From Eledone cirrhosa (lineage: Eukaryota): a DNA stretch of 64,000 nt. Numbering within the stretch: the stretch's first letter is position 1; each line of letters opens with the position of its first letter. Where the stretch lies: positions 372,001 through 436,000 of the forward strand of contig OZ024760.1 of assembly GCA_964016885.1 (NCBI GenBank), in the 5' to 3' direction. The position numbers and the translations under genes are program-made. The notes under the pieces were generated by a model that saw nothing but the letters and a program-made list of their open reading frames with translations, did not search any database and was not told where the DNA came from. This document shows positions 28,127 through 44,192 of this stretch, piece by piece.

Positions 28127-28341
28127 TGGATTGGCAGTATCGGTAGAGGGCCGGGTGCCATGCTTTGCAGAAAAGAGTTACGGCCTTTTATGGTCTGAAT
28201 TCAAATCCCGCCGAGGTTAACTTTGCCTTTCATCCTTACGGGGTCGATAAAATAAAGTACCAGTAATACACTGGTGTCGATTTAATCGACTTTCCTCTCC
28301 CCTTCAAATTACTGGTCTTGTGCCTATAGAAGAAACAATTA
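28127..28341 (+). mobile_element. Meta-like SINE
   Basis: tggcagtatcgg (A box), gaattcaaatccc (B-box-like), gcctttcatccttacggggtcgataaaataaagtaccag core. Confidence 0.88.
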
Positions 28342-28370
28342 TTAAACATTTTTTCCATTTCATTTATATA

Positions 28371-28707
28371 GGAGGGTGTACTGAAAGACTATGAAGGAGT
28401 GGTGCTAGAGCTGTGAAATCTTGCATGCATTCATTTCAACTTTTCGTATTTGTAACTGCATTGTTTCTTTCCGGAGACAATGTTGAAAAATAAACCTCAT
28501 TTGGTTATTCCATGAGAGTATCTTGGTCATAAGCTGACTATGAAGGAGTGGTGCTAGAGCTGTGAAATCTTGCATGCATTAATTTCAACTCTTCTTATTA
28601 GTAGCTGCATTGTTTCTTTCCAGCGACTCTATTGAAAAATAAACCTCATTTGGTTATTTCATGAGAGTATCTTGTTCATACTCATGAACTTTTCAGCCGA
28701 TTCTCGT
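28371..28707. mobile_element. Mariner-like non-autonomous element with internal tandem duplication
   Basis: Ends gagggtgtactgaaa / ttttcagccgattctcg with TA flanks; gactatgaaggagtggtgctagagctgtgaaatc...gagagtatcttg occurs twice. Confidence 0.6.
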
Positions 28708-29090
28708 ATTTATTTAAACTTATGAACCTCATAAATGTGAAGACATGAAGACCAAAATAGCAAAATGGACCCGGGGTGGGGTTTGAAAGAGAAGTGGCGT
28801 GGGTTTGAACGAATGCAGAACGAAAGCCAAAATACCACAAGATATTTTATCCGGCGTTCCCCCAATTCTGACACCCAGTCGCCATGTTTGGCAGGAATGT
28901 AAGGTTTTAAACAAAATGATCTACACTCTAATATGCGACTCGACATTACTGATGTTAAATAAAATTCAATATGGAGGAATTTCGGTTTTATGTTAGATTC
29001 CACTACAGGCGACATTGGTGAAATTTCAAGAATATACACTATACATGTCTATATGTGTGTGTGTGTGTGTGTGTGTATGTGTGTGTGCGC

Positions 29091-29160
<70 letters not shown>

Positions 29161-29245
29161 ATATATGTATGTATATGTATATATATATATATATATATAT
29201 GTATTTATCTATATTTATATATATACATATATATACATATATGCG

Positions 29246-29294
<49 letters not shown>

Positions 29295-29576
29295 CTATAT
29301 ACGCATGCATTTGTGAAATTTATGTGACTATATATGTACATATATATATGAACAAAAAAATGTTCACACAAAAATACAACCGACAAAACCTCCCAGAAAA
29401 CTGAGCAATTTAGTATATAAAGACCTATTAAATAACAGTAAGGGTGTTATAGAAGGGAGCGGTATTAATGTGGGAGTATTAACTAGCCACGACCTTTTTT
29501 AGGGATCCTTTTAACTCGGTCGTCTGTTTCAGTGAATTTCCCAGAGATTCTTCTTCTTCGTCGTCGGTCTTCTCTG

Positions 29577-30754
<1,178 letters not shown>

Positions 30755-31007
30755 TGATGATATATGTATGCATATATACATATATATATACATATATGTA
30801 TTCATATATATATATACATATTTATATATATACATATATGTATTCATATATATATATACATTCATATATATATATATGTGTGTATGCATATATACATATA
30901 TAGATATACATATATGTATTCATATATATATATATATATATGAATGCATATATATATATATGTGTGTGTATGCATATATACATATATATATAGACATATA
31001 TGTATTC

Positions 31008-31098
<91 letters not shown>

Positions 31099-32289
31099 AA
31101 TGTCACTTTTACGCCGTCGGGTCTGGAAGGAAATAAAACGAGAGACTGGAGGTTTGATTGTAAGAATATTAAGACGAAAATATGGCTGGATGGGAATATA
31201 GGGAGGGGTGAATGGGAGGGGGGTCAGGAGGGGGGGGGGGGGGGGGTCAGTAGGGGGGTCAGGAGGGGTGAGGGGGGTCAGGAGGGGTCAGGAGGGGGGT
31301 CGGGAGGGGGTGGCGAATCATTTTAACAAGAACAGCAACAACTGCTACAACAACGATAATGACAACAACAACAAGAACAACAACAAGAACAACAACAACA
31401 ATCACAACAACAACAACAACAAGCACAACAACAACTGCTTCAACAAACACAACCACCACCACCACCACCACCACAACAACAACAACAATAACATCGACAC
31501 CAACAACAACAACAACAACAACAACAACGACAATCACAACAATAACTGCTTCAACAAACACAACCACAACCACCACCACAACCACCACCACAACAACAAT
31601 AGCATCGACAGCTACAACAACAACAACAACAACGACGACAATCACAACAACAAGCACAGCAACCCTACAACAACTGTGGTGTGGTTGGATGCGCGGCGGT
31701 GTGGAGACGTGTGTTGTGATGGGGTGGAGAAGAAGAAGTGGTGGAGGAGGAGGAGGAGAATGAGGGGTGCAGAAGGGGTAGGAGGAGAAGGGGTAGGAGG
31801 AGAAGAAGGCGGAGGAGGGGGGAAGAATTTCATATTTGACGAGAAAAAGTTTTCCTTTTTTTTTTTCAAATGTGATTATAATCTCCCAAAATATTTTTTG
31901 TGTAGGGGTTCTACAGATTCTGTTTCAATAATGGTGTGGGTGGGTCGGGTGGGGGGCGGGTCGGGGTGTGTGGAAAAAAGGGAAGGGAACCCCCTCCAAA
32001 TAAATAAATAAATATATACATATATAACAATAAAACATAGACAAAAACATGATTAAAGAGATGACGACGATGATGATGATGAAAGTGAAGAAAGCAATAT
32101 CTTCACCACCACCACCATTATTATTATTATTATTACTACCACCACCACCACCACCACCACCACCACCACCATCATCATCATTATCATCACCACTCTCACA
32201 AAACATCATCATCACCATGCTGATGATGAAAAGAAAAGAAAGCAATGTCTTCACCAACACTATCAACCATCATTATTATTACGTTTTGA

Positions 32290-32432
32290 CGCATAGAGTT
32301 ACGGCCCTTTCCATTCTGAGTTCAAATTCCGCCGAGGTTAACTTTGCCTTTCATCCTTATGGGGTCGATAAAATAAAGTACCAGTAATGCACTGGGGCAA
32401 TTGCTGGCCTTGTACCAAAAGTAGAAACAATT
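32290..32432 (+). mobile_element. Meta-like SINE, 5'-truncated
   Basis: B box and core present. Confidence 0.82.
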
Positions 32433-32835
32433 ATTATTACCACCATCACCACCATCACCATTGCCATCACCATCATCACCATTGCCATCACCACTATCAC
32501 TATCACCATCACCACCGCCGTCACCATTATTGTCAACACCACCATCACCACCACCACCACCACCATCACCACCACCAAACAGCATCAAGCGCTGGCAATA
32601 TTGGCAACTCACACACAACAACAACAACAACAATAGCAACTACTAGACGTTTATCATGTTAAAGGCTTCTAACAAACTACAAATAATACAACAACAATAA
32701 AAACACCAACAGCAACAGCAACAACAAGGTTTCAGCCATGTCAATGACTTCTAAGAAACCAACAAGAATAACATCATTAACAACAACAACAACAACAGCA
32801 GCAGCAATAACAGCAACAAGATTTCAGACATGTAA

Positions 32836-32903
32836 ACAGTAACAACAACAACAGTAACAACAGTAACAACAACAACAACAACAGTAACAACAACAACAGC
32901 AGT

Positions 32904-32949
<46 letters not shown>

Positions 32950-33140
32950 GTAACAACAACAGTAACAACAACAACAACAACAACAACAACAGTAACAACA
33001 ACAATAACAACAACAACAACAGTAACAACCACAACAGTAACAACCACAACAACAGTAACAACAACAACAATAACAGTAACAACAACAACAGTAACAACAA
33101 CAACAACCACAACAGTAACAACAACAACAACAACAACAGT

Positions 33141-33198
<58 letters not shown>

Positions 33199-33700
33199 GT
33201 AACAACAACAATAACAACAACAACAACAGTAACAACCACAACAGTAACAACAACAACAACAGTAACAACAACAACAGTAACAACCACAACAGTAACAACA
33301 GTAACAACAACAACAACAACAGTAACAACCACAACAGTAACAACAACAACAGTAACAACAACAACAGTAACAACAGTAACAACAACAGTAACAGCAACAA
33401 CAATAACAACAGTAACAACAGTAACAACAACAACAGTAACAACAGTAACAACAGTAACAACAACAACAACAACAGTAACAACAACAATAACAACAACAAC
33501 AGTAACAACAACAACAATAACAACAACAACAACAGTAACAACAACAACAATAACAACAACAACAACAGTAACAACCACAACAGTAACAACCACAACAGTA
33601 ACAACAACAACAACAACAGTAACAACAACAATAACAACAACAACAGTAACAACAGTAACAACAACAATAACAACAACAACAGTAACAACAACAACAACAT
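32836..33700. repeat. (AAC)n/(AACAGT) microsatellite
   Basis: Direct observation. Confidence 0.95.
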
Positions 33701-34268
33701 TGACATCAAACGAGGCAGTAAATTAGAACAACATTACAACAGACAAAACACCAACATGATAAGTACAACTGCAACAACAACAAAGACAACTGCAACAACA
33801 ACTCCAACAACAACAAAGACAACAACAACAAAGACAGCAGCAATAATAAAGAAACATCAAACGGTGACTTAAATATGTAGATCGACAGCAACAACGACAA
33901 CAACCTCTTTAACAACAACAACAGCAACAACATTAGCAACAACAACATCAATAACAACAACAACATCAATAACAACAACAACAATACCAACAGTAACAAC
34001 AACAACAGCAACAATATCGACAACATTAACAAGAACGGAAAGACATCAAGCAGAGAAAAATTACAACTCCAACGAAAAGCAAATTACACACACACACATA
34101 CATACACACACACATACATACATAAAGGTACATATATACATATATACATATATACATATATACATATATACATATATAAATATAGATATACATACATACA
34201 CACATGCATACATACGCACGCGCACACACATATGTGTATATAAAAATATAGATATAGACATAAATATG

Positions 34269-34299
<31 letters not shown>

Positions 34300-34406
34300 A
34301 TATAAAGGTGCAAATATACATCTATAAATATAGATATACATACACACACATGTAAAAGGTACATATATAAGTATAGATACAAAGATACATACGTACATAC
34401 TTCGGT

Positions 34407-34438
<32 letters not shown>

Positions 34439-34525
34439 TGCACACATACATACATATATACATATATATATACATGCACACATACATATATATATATATA
34501 TAAATATGCACACATACATACATAT

Positions 34526-34616
<91 letters not shown>

Positions 34617-34707
34617 TACATACATACTCACAAAAACAGTGGACGTTCTGCGTGTTTACAAATATATTGAAAGCAAAACTAGATCAAAACACGAGATACA
34701 AAAACTG

Positions 34708-36140
34708 TAACAGCAACAACAAACACTACTACTACTACTACAACAACAACAACAAACACTACCACTACTACAACAGCAACAACAAACACTACTACTACAA
34801 CAGCAACAACAACAAACACTACCACTACTACAACAGCAACAACAAACACTACTACTACTACTACAACAACAACAACAAACACTACCACTACTACAACAGC
34901 AACAACAAACACTACTACTACAACAGCAACAACAACAAACACTACCACTACTACAACAACAACAACAAACACTACCACTACTACAACAGCAACAACAAAC
35001 ACTACTACTACAACAGCAACAACAACAAACACTACCACTACTACAACAACAACAACAAACACTACCACTACTACAACAGCAACAATAAACACTACCACTA
35101 CTACAACAGCAACAACAAACACTACTACTACAACAGCAACAACAACAAACACTACCACTACTACAACAACAACAACAAACACTACCACTACTACAGCAAC
35201 AACAACAAACACTACCACTACTACAACAACAACAACAAACACTACCACTACTACAGCAACAACAACAAACACTACCACTACTACAACAGCAACAACAAAC
35301 ACTACTACTACTACAACAGCAACAAGAAACACTACCACTACTACAACAGCAACAACAAACACTACCACTACTACAAGAGCAACAACAAACACTACTACTA
35401 CTACAACAGCAACAACAAACACTACCTCTACTACAACAGCAACAACAAACACTACCACTACTACAACAGCAACAATAAACACTACCACTACTACAACAGC
35501 AACAACAAACACTACTACTACTACAACAGCAACAACAAACACTACCACTACTACAACAGCAACAACAAACACTACCACTACTACTACTACTACAACAACA
35601 ACAAACACTACCACTACTACAGCAGCAACAACAAACACTACTACTACTACTACTACTACTACTACAACAACAACAACAAACACTACCACTACTACAGCAG
35701 CAACAACAAACACTACTACTACTACTACAACAACAACAACAACAAACACTACCACTACTACAACAGCAACAACAAACACTACTACTACTACTACAACAAC
35801 AACAACAACAAACACTACCACTACTACAACAGCAACAACAAACACTACTACTACTACAACATCAACAACAAACACTACCACTACTACAACAGCAACAACA
35901 AACACTACCACTACTACAACAGCAACAACTACTACAACAACAACAACAAACACTACCACTACTACAACAGCAACAACAAACACTACTACTACTACAACAG
36001 CAACAACAAACACTACCACTACTACAACAGCAACAACAAACACTACCACTACTACAACAACAACAACAAACACTACTACTACAACATCAACAACAAACAC
36101 TACCACTACTACAACAATAACAGACGTTACTACCACAACT
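34708..36140. repeat. Minisatellite aacagcaacaacaaacactaccactactac, unit about 30 bp
   Basis: Direct tandem units. Confidence 0.95.
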
Positions 36141-36160
36141 AAAACATCAAATAACAGAAT

Positions 36161-36229
<69 letters not shown>

Positions 36230-36889
36230 AAGAAGATGACGATGAAGGTAATAATGGAGGTTAATGAAAGAAACAGAGAAGAAGAATAAGGAGAAGGAGA
36301 ATAAGGAGAAGGAGAATAAGGAGAAGAATAAGGGGGGGGGGGAGAATAAGGAGAAGAATAGGGGGGAGGAGAAGAAGAATAAGGAGAAGGAGAATAAGGA
36401 GAAGAATAGGGGGGGGGGGAAAGAAGAAGAAGAAAGATAAGGAGAATAAGGAGAAGAATAAGAATAAGAGGAATAGGAAGGAGAATAAGAAAGTGAAGAA
36501 TAAGAATAAGAGGAATAGGAAGGAGAAGATGAAGGAGGAGAAGAAGAGAAGAAGCAGAGAAGAAAAGAAGCAGAGAAGAAGGTGCAGAGAAGAAGAAGGA
36601 GAATAAGGTGAAGAAGAAGGAGAAGGAGAGAAGAAAAAGAAGCAGAGAAGAAGCAGAAGAAGCAGAAGTAGAAGAAGAAGAAGAAGAAGAAGAAGGAGGA
36701 GACTAAGGAGGAGAATAAGGCGAAGAAGTGTGTGGTAGAATAACAGAGAAGATGAAAGACTACAAGACAGGCAAAATGGAAGACGAAAGAGGAATATAAA
36801 CAAGAAATGGTATTATTGTTTCTGTTAGAAGAGTAATTAGGTTTAAGACGAAAAGACAGGCATCCTTTTAGAACATTGTTTCATCTTAC

Positions 36890-37660
36890 TGTAGCAGTAG
36901 TGGTGGTGGTGGTGGTGGTGGTGGTGGTGGTGGTGGTGGTGGTGGTGGTGGTGGTTGTAGTAGTAGTAGTAGTAGTGGTGGTGGTGGTGGTGGTGGTGGT
37001 GGTGGTGGTGATGGTGGTGGTGGTGGTGGTGGTGGTGGTGGTGGTGACGGTGGTGGTGGTGGTGGTGGTGGTGACGGTGGTGGTGGTGGTGGTGGTGGTG
37101 GTGGTGGTGGTGGTAGTAGTGATGGTGGTGGTGGTGGTAGTAGTAGTAGTGGTGGTGGTGGTGGTGGTGGTGGTGGTGGTGGTGGTGGTGCTTGTAGTAG
37201 TAGTAGTAGTGGTGGTGGTGGTGGTGGTGGTGGTGGTGGTAGTGGTGGTTGTAATAGTGGTGGTGGTGGTGGTGGTGGTGGTGGTTGTAGTAGTAGTAGT
37301 AGTGGTGGTGGTGGTTGTAATAGTGGTGGTGGTGGTGGTGGTGGTAGTGATGGTGGTGGTGGTGGTGATGGTGGTAGTGGTGGTGGTGGTGGTGGTTGTT
37401 GTAATAGTGATGGTGGTGGTGGTGGTAGTGGTGGTAGTGGTGGTAGTAATAGTGGTGGTGGTGGTAGTGGTGGTAGTAATAGTGGTGGTGGTACTGGAGG
37501 TGGTGGTGGTGGTTGTAGCAGTAGTAGTAGTAGAAGTGGAGGTGGTAGTGGTGGTTGTAATAGTGGTGGTGGTGGTGGTGGTAGTGCTGGTAGTGCTGGT
37601 AGTAATAGTGCTGGTGGTGGTGCTGGTAGTGGTAGTAGTAGTGGTAGTGATGTTGGTGAC
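36890..37660. repeat. (GGT)n/(AGT)n microsatellite
   Basis: Direct observation. Confidence 0.95.
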
Positions 37661-37764
37661 GGGGTGGTGGCCAAGATTGCCTAACAAACAGTGTAGGTGT
37701 ACCGATGTATGCGACCATGCCAACACTCATATACAGAAATCTCTCTCTAATATATATGTATATA

Positions 37765-37809
<45 letters not shown>

Positions 37810-37853
37810 GTATATATATAAAGGTATATATATATGTATATATATATATGTAA

Positions 37854-37887
<34 letters not shown>

Positions 37888-38561
37888 GTATATATAAATG
37901 TATATTAATATGTATATATATATGTAAATATATATATATATATATGTATATATATGTATATATATATATGTATATATATGTATATATATATAATGTATAT
38001 ATATATATAGAAATTACATGAATCAAAGTTCTGTTTAAATATTACCATACAAGTTCTTCCAGAAACTCCTTTCTTCTTAATGTTCTTCCATCTTCGGAGT
38101 AATTATTCAGTGATTTTTTACATACTTGACCTCCTTTCCAACACAAGAGACATATAGAAACATATGGTATGTATTGACGCACAGTGGGTTGACATCCATT
38201 ATAATAATATAGCATGGCAATTTACATACAAAGATTACAGTCATATTAAAGGACAAAATTATAATTAAAATTAAAATTAAAATTAAAATAAAACATTGGC
38301 AGTTTACGAAGATAAAGCAAGAGGATAGTTTGAAGTAGCCAGTGTATGCAACAGTAACACGTGAGGCATGCACGCGTGTCCTATTTATGCAAGATTACAG
38401 TGCGGCAGAGTGTTACATGTAATACAAGCAGTCTAAGCGGGCAATCAAGAGCATCATGGGGGCTGTACTGGTAAAGCATTTTTTATATATACATGTACGA
38501 TATAGAAGCCTGTGTGTAGAGAAACACCAAAAATATTACAAATGAGAAGCAAAACAACACC

Positions 38562-38630
38562 ACGGTCTTCGCACACACCACCACTCTCACAATCCAGGAA
38601 ACGTAATTTATAGACTACATGTCCCTCACA
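38562..38630 (-). pseudogene. Possible GIY-YIG endonuclease N-terminal remnant
   Basis: CEGHVVYKLRFLDCESGGVCEDR resembles the PLE motif (N)VVYxIxCxxCxxxY(V/I)GETxR; short and degenerate. Confidence 0.45.
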
Positions 38631-39081
38631 CAATCCACGATGATTCAACATTTGTAATATTTTTGGTGTTTCTCTACACACAGGCTTCTGTATCGTACAT
38701 GTATATATAAAAAATGCTTTACCAGTACCGCCCCCATGATGCTCTTGATTGCCCGCTTAGACTGCTTGTATTACATGTAACACTCTGCCGCACTGTAATC
38801 TTGTATAAATAGGACACGCGTGCATGCCTCACGTGTGACTGTTACATACACTGGCTACTTCGAACTATCCTCTTGCTTTATCTTCGTAAACTGCCAATGT
38901 TTTATTTTAATTTTAATTTTAATTTTAATTTTAATTATAATTTTGTCCTTTAATATGACTGTAATCTTTGTATGTAAATTGGCATGCTATATTATTATAA
39001 TGGATGTCAATACATACCATATGTTTCTATATGTCTCTTGTGTTGGAAAGGAGGTCAAGTATGTAAAAAATCACTGAATAA

Positions 39082-39130
39082 TTGCTCCGAAGACTCCAAA
39101 CCTCGGTTTGGAAGAAACAATTGTAAGCAA
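39082..39130 (+). ncRNA. Putative type I hammerhead ribozyme (family G), U4C variant
   Basis: ttgct-CCGAAGA-ctccaaacctcggtttggaa-GAAAC-aatt-GTA-agcaa. Confidence 0.7.
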
Positions 39131-39370
39131 ATAAATGATTTAAACAGAACTTTGATTCATGTAATTTCTATATAACTGCTCTGTAAAACAACTGATGTTG
39201 TTACATTGAGCTATTTATCTTACTGGTAATAAGGTAGTAATAAATTACTGTCTTTCACTATTTAGGGTTTAAAATATATATAACTATAAAAGGTTTTAGT
39301 ATATACATAACCATAAATAGTATCCTTAATACTATATATATATGTATATATATGTATATATACATATATT

Positions 39371-39510
39371 TTAGTCCAGAAATAGCCGTCGAAACGGCTT
39401 GATCTCTGCCGTCGGGGTCATACTTGTTCCTATTACCCACTCTACTACCCTAAGTATTGAGTACTTTGGTGCGTTATGGTCCATTTGGTTCCTTACCACA
39501 ATTCCTTCCT
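39371..39510 (+). mobile_element. Family-A element (single arm plus tail)
   Basis: Near-identical to 18265-18400. Confidence 0.8.
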
Positions 39511-39920
39511 TATATATATATATATATATTTTGACATCTACGATGACAAACATGACAGTTACACATATTTTTATATATATATATAACGTGTGTATAACAC
39601 AAAACACGATAGCGTCCACAAGTTTATTCGTATGGCCCTCTTCCTGCTATTTCAAGCGTTAAACTAATATTCTAATATTCGTTAAATTAATTCCTTTCAT
39701 ATACTGTGCCGTTTGTTTTGTTTTTTGTTTACCTTTTACATATATATATGCTTTGGTATTATGTGGCTAGGCTCGCCTGTCGCAGTTTTCAATTTGTCAA
39801 GCTATCTAACGTATGTTATTACTCTAAGGTGACACAGCCTTATCGAGTGCTGTGCTGCACATTCCTGATTGTATATCGTTAGCTTGGCCACAGCCAAAAC
39901 TTCGATTTTACTAAACTTCC

Positions 39921-40013
<93 letters not shown>

Positions 40014-40160
40014 AGTAAGTATGTTTTGAAACAGTGAGCAGGTTTGAAATTAGAAAATAAAGTAGCTTTCACCGTATTTTCGACTAAAGGAATTTTAGCC
40101 TGATAATGGGGTTTAGAACCCTCAGATAAATGGAAAAAGATGAGTATTGACGTACACACA

Positions 40161-40244
<84 letters not shown>

Positions 40245-40248
<4 letters not shown>

Positions 40249-40379
40249 AATTGTGGTAAGGAACCAAATGGACCATAACGCACCAGAGTACTCAATACTT
40301 AGGGTAGTAGGGTGGGAAATAGGAAAAAGTATGACCCCGACGGCAGAGCTCAAGCCGTTTCGACGGCTATTTCTGGACA
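40245..40379 (-). mobile_element. Family-A element (single arm plus tail)
   Basis: Reverse complement of 39371-39510 with few differences. Confidence 0.8.
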
Positions 40380-40456
40380 TATGGATATATATATATATGC
40401 ATATTATGATGTACAAATGAAGACATCTACGATGACAAACATGACAGTAACACATA

Positions 40457-40525
<69 letters not shown>

Positions 40526-40630
40526 GTCTGTCTATCTATATTAAGAGATGTCAACATGAATCGACCTGTTATTTTTATCTAAAGACACTTTTACCAATTC
40601 CACCCCACCCGTCCCTGCAATCTATCTTAT

Positions 40631-40666
40631 TCTTCTGATGAAGGACTAGAGTCCGAATCGTTAAGA
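40631..40666 (+). ncRNA. Minimal hammerhead-like motif, one core substitution
   Basis: tctt-CTGATGA-a-ggac-taga-gtcc-GAATCGTT-aaga; downstream tail resembles 39635-39740. Confidence 0.55.
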
Positions 40667-41085
40667 CCCTCTTCTCGCTATTTCAAGCGTGAACCTAATA
40701 TATTCCTTCTATATACTGTACCGAGTGTTGTTATTTCTGTTTACCTTTTATATATATATATATATATATATCTTGTATTGTTTATATACATTTTTTTCTT
40801 CTAACTTTAATTTTATACCTAATTGTGTATGGTTGACGATATATTTAATCGATTTCCACCTGCTATTGAAATGGTGGATAAATATTCTATAGCTGTTGAT
40901 CGCGAATAGATGGCTGTCGTTTATTTATCTATTATTTCTTCATAAGTGCCTTTTAATCTTATAGCCTGGTTTAATTGTTTTTTTGTGTGGTTGATTATGC
41001 TGATTTGGGGGGAGGAGAGATGGTGTATATATCCTATCAAATGATTCTATAGACATACTTTATTGTATATATATATATATATACA

Positions 41086-41122
<37 letters not shown>

Positions 41123-41435
41123 TATTATTATATATATATAATAATAGGGTTACAGTATCGTAAGAGAGGATAGAAAGGAGAGATATAAAGAGGTGCGATA
41201 CAGAATATTACATGCACAAAATCAGATGCGTAAAAAAAAATTATTTTTCCATAGCTGGTACTGGTCATAAGTAATGCAGTAAACTTTCTACGGGCACCGG
41301 TAATTACCTCCCTTAGCGAATTATGCCCCTTTCACCGTAATTATACGCATAACATCTAAAATCACAATGCATGGCGATGTGATATTATTATACCCACTCA
41401 GGGTTTATAATTAAGGACTTTGCTATATGAGTATC

Positions 41436-41488
41436 TGCCTCCGACGAGCCCCCCCCCCCCCCCCCCGGGCGAAACACGTGTAAGAGCT
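41436..41488 (+). ncRNA. Minimal hammerhead-like motif, U4C variant, poly-C-expanded loop II
   Basis: CCGACGA-gccc(C)n gggc-GAAAC-acgt-GTA-agag; stem I weak. Confidence 0.55.
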
Positions 41489-41541
41489 ATATAAAGATAT
41501 GTTTTAACGGCTTGTAACTCTTTCATTCACTCACTGTTTTG

Positions 41542-41592
<51 letters not shown>

Positions 41593-41678
41593 TAATAATA
41601 GTAAATATTTACTCTAGAGATTTTATATATATAATCCTTATTGAGCCCTCTTCGGATTTTGCTCTTCATAATGACTAT

Positions 41679-41789
<111 letters not shown>

Positions 41790-41861
41790 TATGATGGAGT
41801 AGGTCACAGATTTGATTCCTCTAACAATCTAGGGATATGGCCAAAATTAGGCCTTGAAAAC

Positions 41862-42039
41862 CGGGTTCAATCGGGGGCAACTAGGGTAAGTAAGGTACTC
41901 AATACAAAGCAGAGTATAAATATTTTATATAGAAATGGCTTCTACAGGACTAGAACTGTTTCATCCGGGAGAAATCATCTAGAAGCTTCCTGATGATTTC
42001 TCTCGAATGAAACAGTTCTAGTCCTGTAGAAGCCATTTC

Positions 42040-42045
<6 letters not shown>
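41862..42045. mobile_element. Family-B fold-back element with HHR at 41985-42033 (+)
   Basis: Long minus arm 41862-41979 mirrored by gcttc-CTGATGA-tttctctcgaat-GAAACAG...CTGTA-gaagc. Confidence 0.8.
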
Positions 42046-42085
<40 letters not shown>

Positions 42086-42168
42086 TCTTTGTTGTCTCTT
42101 TATCTTCTAATCCCAGCCATATGCCGATGTTTGTCCCCATCCAACTGTCATCCAGTTTTGTTCCCTAA

Positions 42169-42207
42169 CTGACGATCTGACAACATATTCGGAGAAATTC
42201 TAGAGTA
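42169..42207 (+). ncRNA. Degenerate hammerhead-like motif
   Basis: CTGACGA-tctga-caacatat-tcgga-GAAA-ttctaga-GTA; no clean stem I. Confidence 0.4.
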
Positions 42208-42407
42208 AACCTTTACTGAATCAGCCTAAATGAACTATATCTATAGATATATATATGTGTGTGTGTACGTATACATATATACGTGCATGTATATATACAT
42301 ATATACATATTTGATATACATATATATATATATATACACACATACATATCACGTATATATATATATCATATACATACATATCACATATATATATCTATCA
42401 TATACAC

Positions 42408-42457
<50 letters not shown>

Positions 42458-42507
42458 CTATATAAATATATATATACATATCTATATAAATATCACACAC
42501 ATATATA

Positions 42508-42546
<39 letters not shown>

Positions 42547-43021
42547 CATACATAAATATCACATATATATCATATATATATGTATATATATATATGATAT
42601 CATTGTGGAATGTCAAGTGGTTTACCTGTCTGTTGTGCTAACATAACAGACAGGAAGAAAATTATGCTTCTAACAGGCAAAGGTGATGATGAAATGGAAA
42701 ATCAAAACAAAGGAGGCAGAACAAGAAAAATCTAATTATTACCTTGTCTGTTTGGTTATTTAATTAATTTAAGGTGTGTGTGGGACATCTATGGCAACGG
42801 AATACCTACCTACCATATCACCAATGCCAATACTATCGACACTATTACTAATTTAGGCAGTAGGCCAACAAATGTATGGGATGAAACAACATGAGTGTTG
42901 ATACTTTTTTTATCGACCCCCGGGAAGTATAAAAGACGGTTAACCTCGTCGGGAATTGAATTCAGAATGTAAAGAGCCTTTATATTCAACTTAGCCTTTA
43001 TAAATATATATATATATATAT

Positions 43022-43460
43022 ACGATATTAAACAAATGGAAACTATATTTATAAAACCATATTTATTTCATTATATATATTTCAGGGATATCATATTAAA
43101 AATATGGTATGCCTTCCTCAGACAAAATACAATATATAAACCGTTTTATAAATAAATTTGACATACCTTAAACATTACAACTTCCATTTAAAAAGTTGAT
43201 TTGGTTATATAAAAGTTGTTTAAGGTATGTCAAATTTATTTATAAAACGGTTATATATTGTATTTTGTGTGAGGAAGGCATACCATATTTTTAATATGAT
43301 ATCCCTGAAATATATATAATGAAATAAATATGGTTTTATAAATATAGTTTCCATTTGTTTAATATCATAAATCTACTCCAAAACTTGTTGAGTGCTTTTA
43401 TATCAGTTATAAAATATTTACTCGTTGTAACCCAACAATTTTAAATAAAACTTTTGCGTA
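43022..43460. mobile_element. Family-D fold-back element with an HHR in each arm
   Basis: Arms about 43024-43174 / 43216-43366; minus-strand HHR 43064-43129 (CTGAGGA...GAAAT-atat-ATA); plus copy 43261-43326 has a mutated core. Confidence 0.78.
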
Positions 43461-43500
43461 TATATATATATATATAAATAGTAAAGAGATTGACTTTGTT

Positions 43501-43551
43501 AGTTTCAGAAGATCCCGTTAAGGGTGAAAGCAGCGATTCTTTGCTTTAACA
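43501..43551 (+). ncRNA. Family-C hammerhead-like motif, second copy
   Basis: agttt-CAGAAGA-tcccgttaagggt-GAAAGCA...TGCTT-taac. Confidence 0.55.
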
Positions 43552-43571
43552 TTAATCTGTTATTTTAATAA

Positions 43572-43602
<31 letters not shown>

Positions 43603-43833
43603 ATATAGTATATATTATTTTTTATCATTTATTTTGGTTTGACCTGTTGAGCTTGATTTGGTTTTTGGCTTGGGTGGTTAATGCCTTCTTGACCACCTTT
43701 TCAGTTTTGTATGGCTTCTTAACACATTGTTTAGCTCTGGTTTTTAACTATTGAGCACTTTGCCAGTATCATTTCAGATTTTTGCGTTTCTCTTCGCTTT
43801 TCCTGCCCGCCGAAATGCGATTCCCGCTGAATC

Positions 43834-44012
<179 letters not shown>

Positions 44013-44017
44013 TTGCA

Positions 44018-44192
44018 GGATGGTAGAGAGTCGGACACCATGCTTTGTAGCATAGAGTTACAGCCCTTTATGATCTGAGTTCAAATCCCGCCGAGGTTAA
44101 CTTTGCCTTTCATCCTTACGGGGGTCGATAAAATAAAGTACCAGTAATGCACTGGGATAATTGCTGGCCTTGTGCCAAAAGTAGAAACAATT
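44018..44192 (+). mobile_element. Meta-like SINE
   Basis: B box gagttcaaatccc and core. Confidence 0.85.

Larger units (their letters stand above)
38008..39335 (+). mobile_element. Penelope-like fold-back element (family G), about 450-bp inverted arms
   Basis: Arms about 38090-38544 / 38650-39095, also 38008-38040 / 39139-39172; HHR in the right arm; GIY-YIG-like peptide in the spacer; flanked by (TA)n; same family at 56115. Confidence 0.8.

Noticed and set aside
29479-29576. Acidic peptide [18 protein letters not shown] as an exon
   Set aside because: Runs directly out of an (AAG)n tract; no splice acceptor or homology evidence.
34652-36142. 496-aa [11 protein letters not shown]
   Set aside because: Translation of a 30-bp AAC/TAC minisatellite; the opposite strand is also open.
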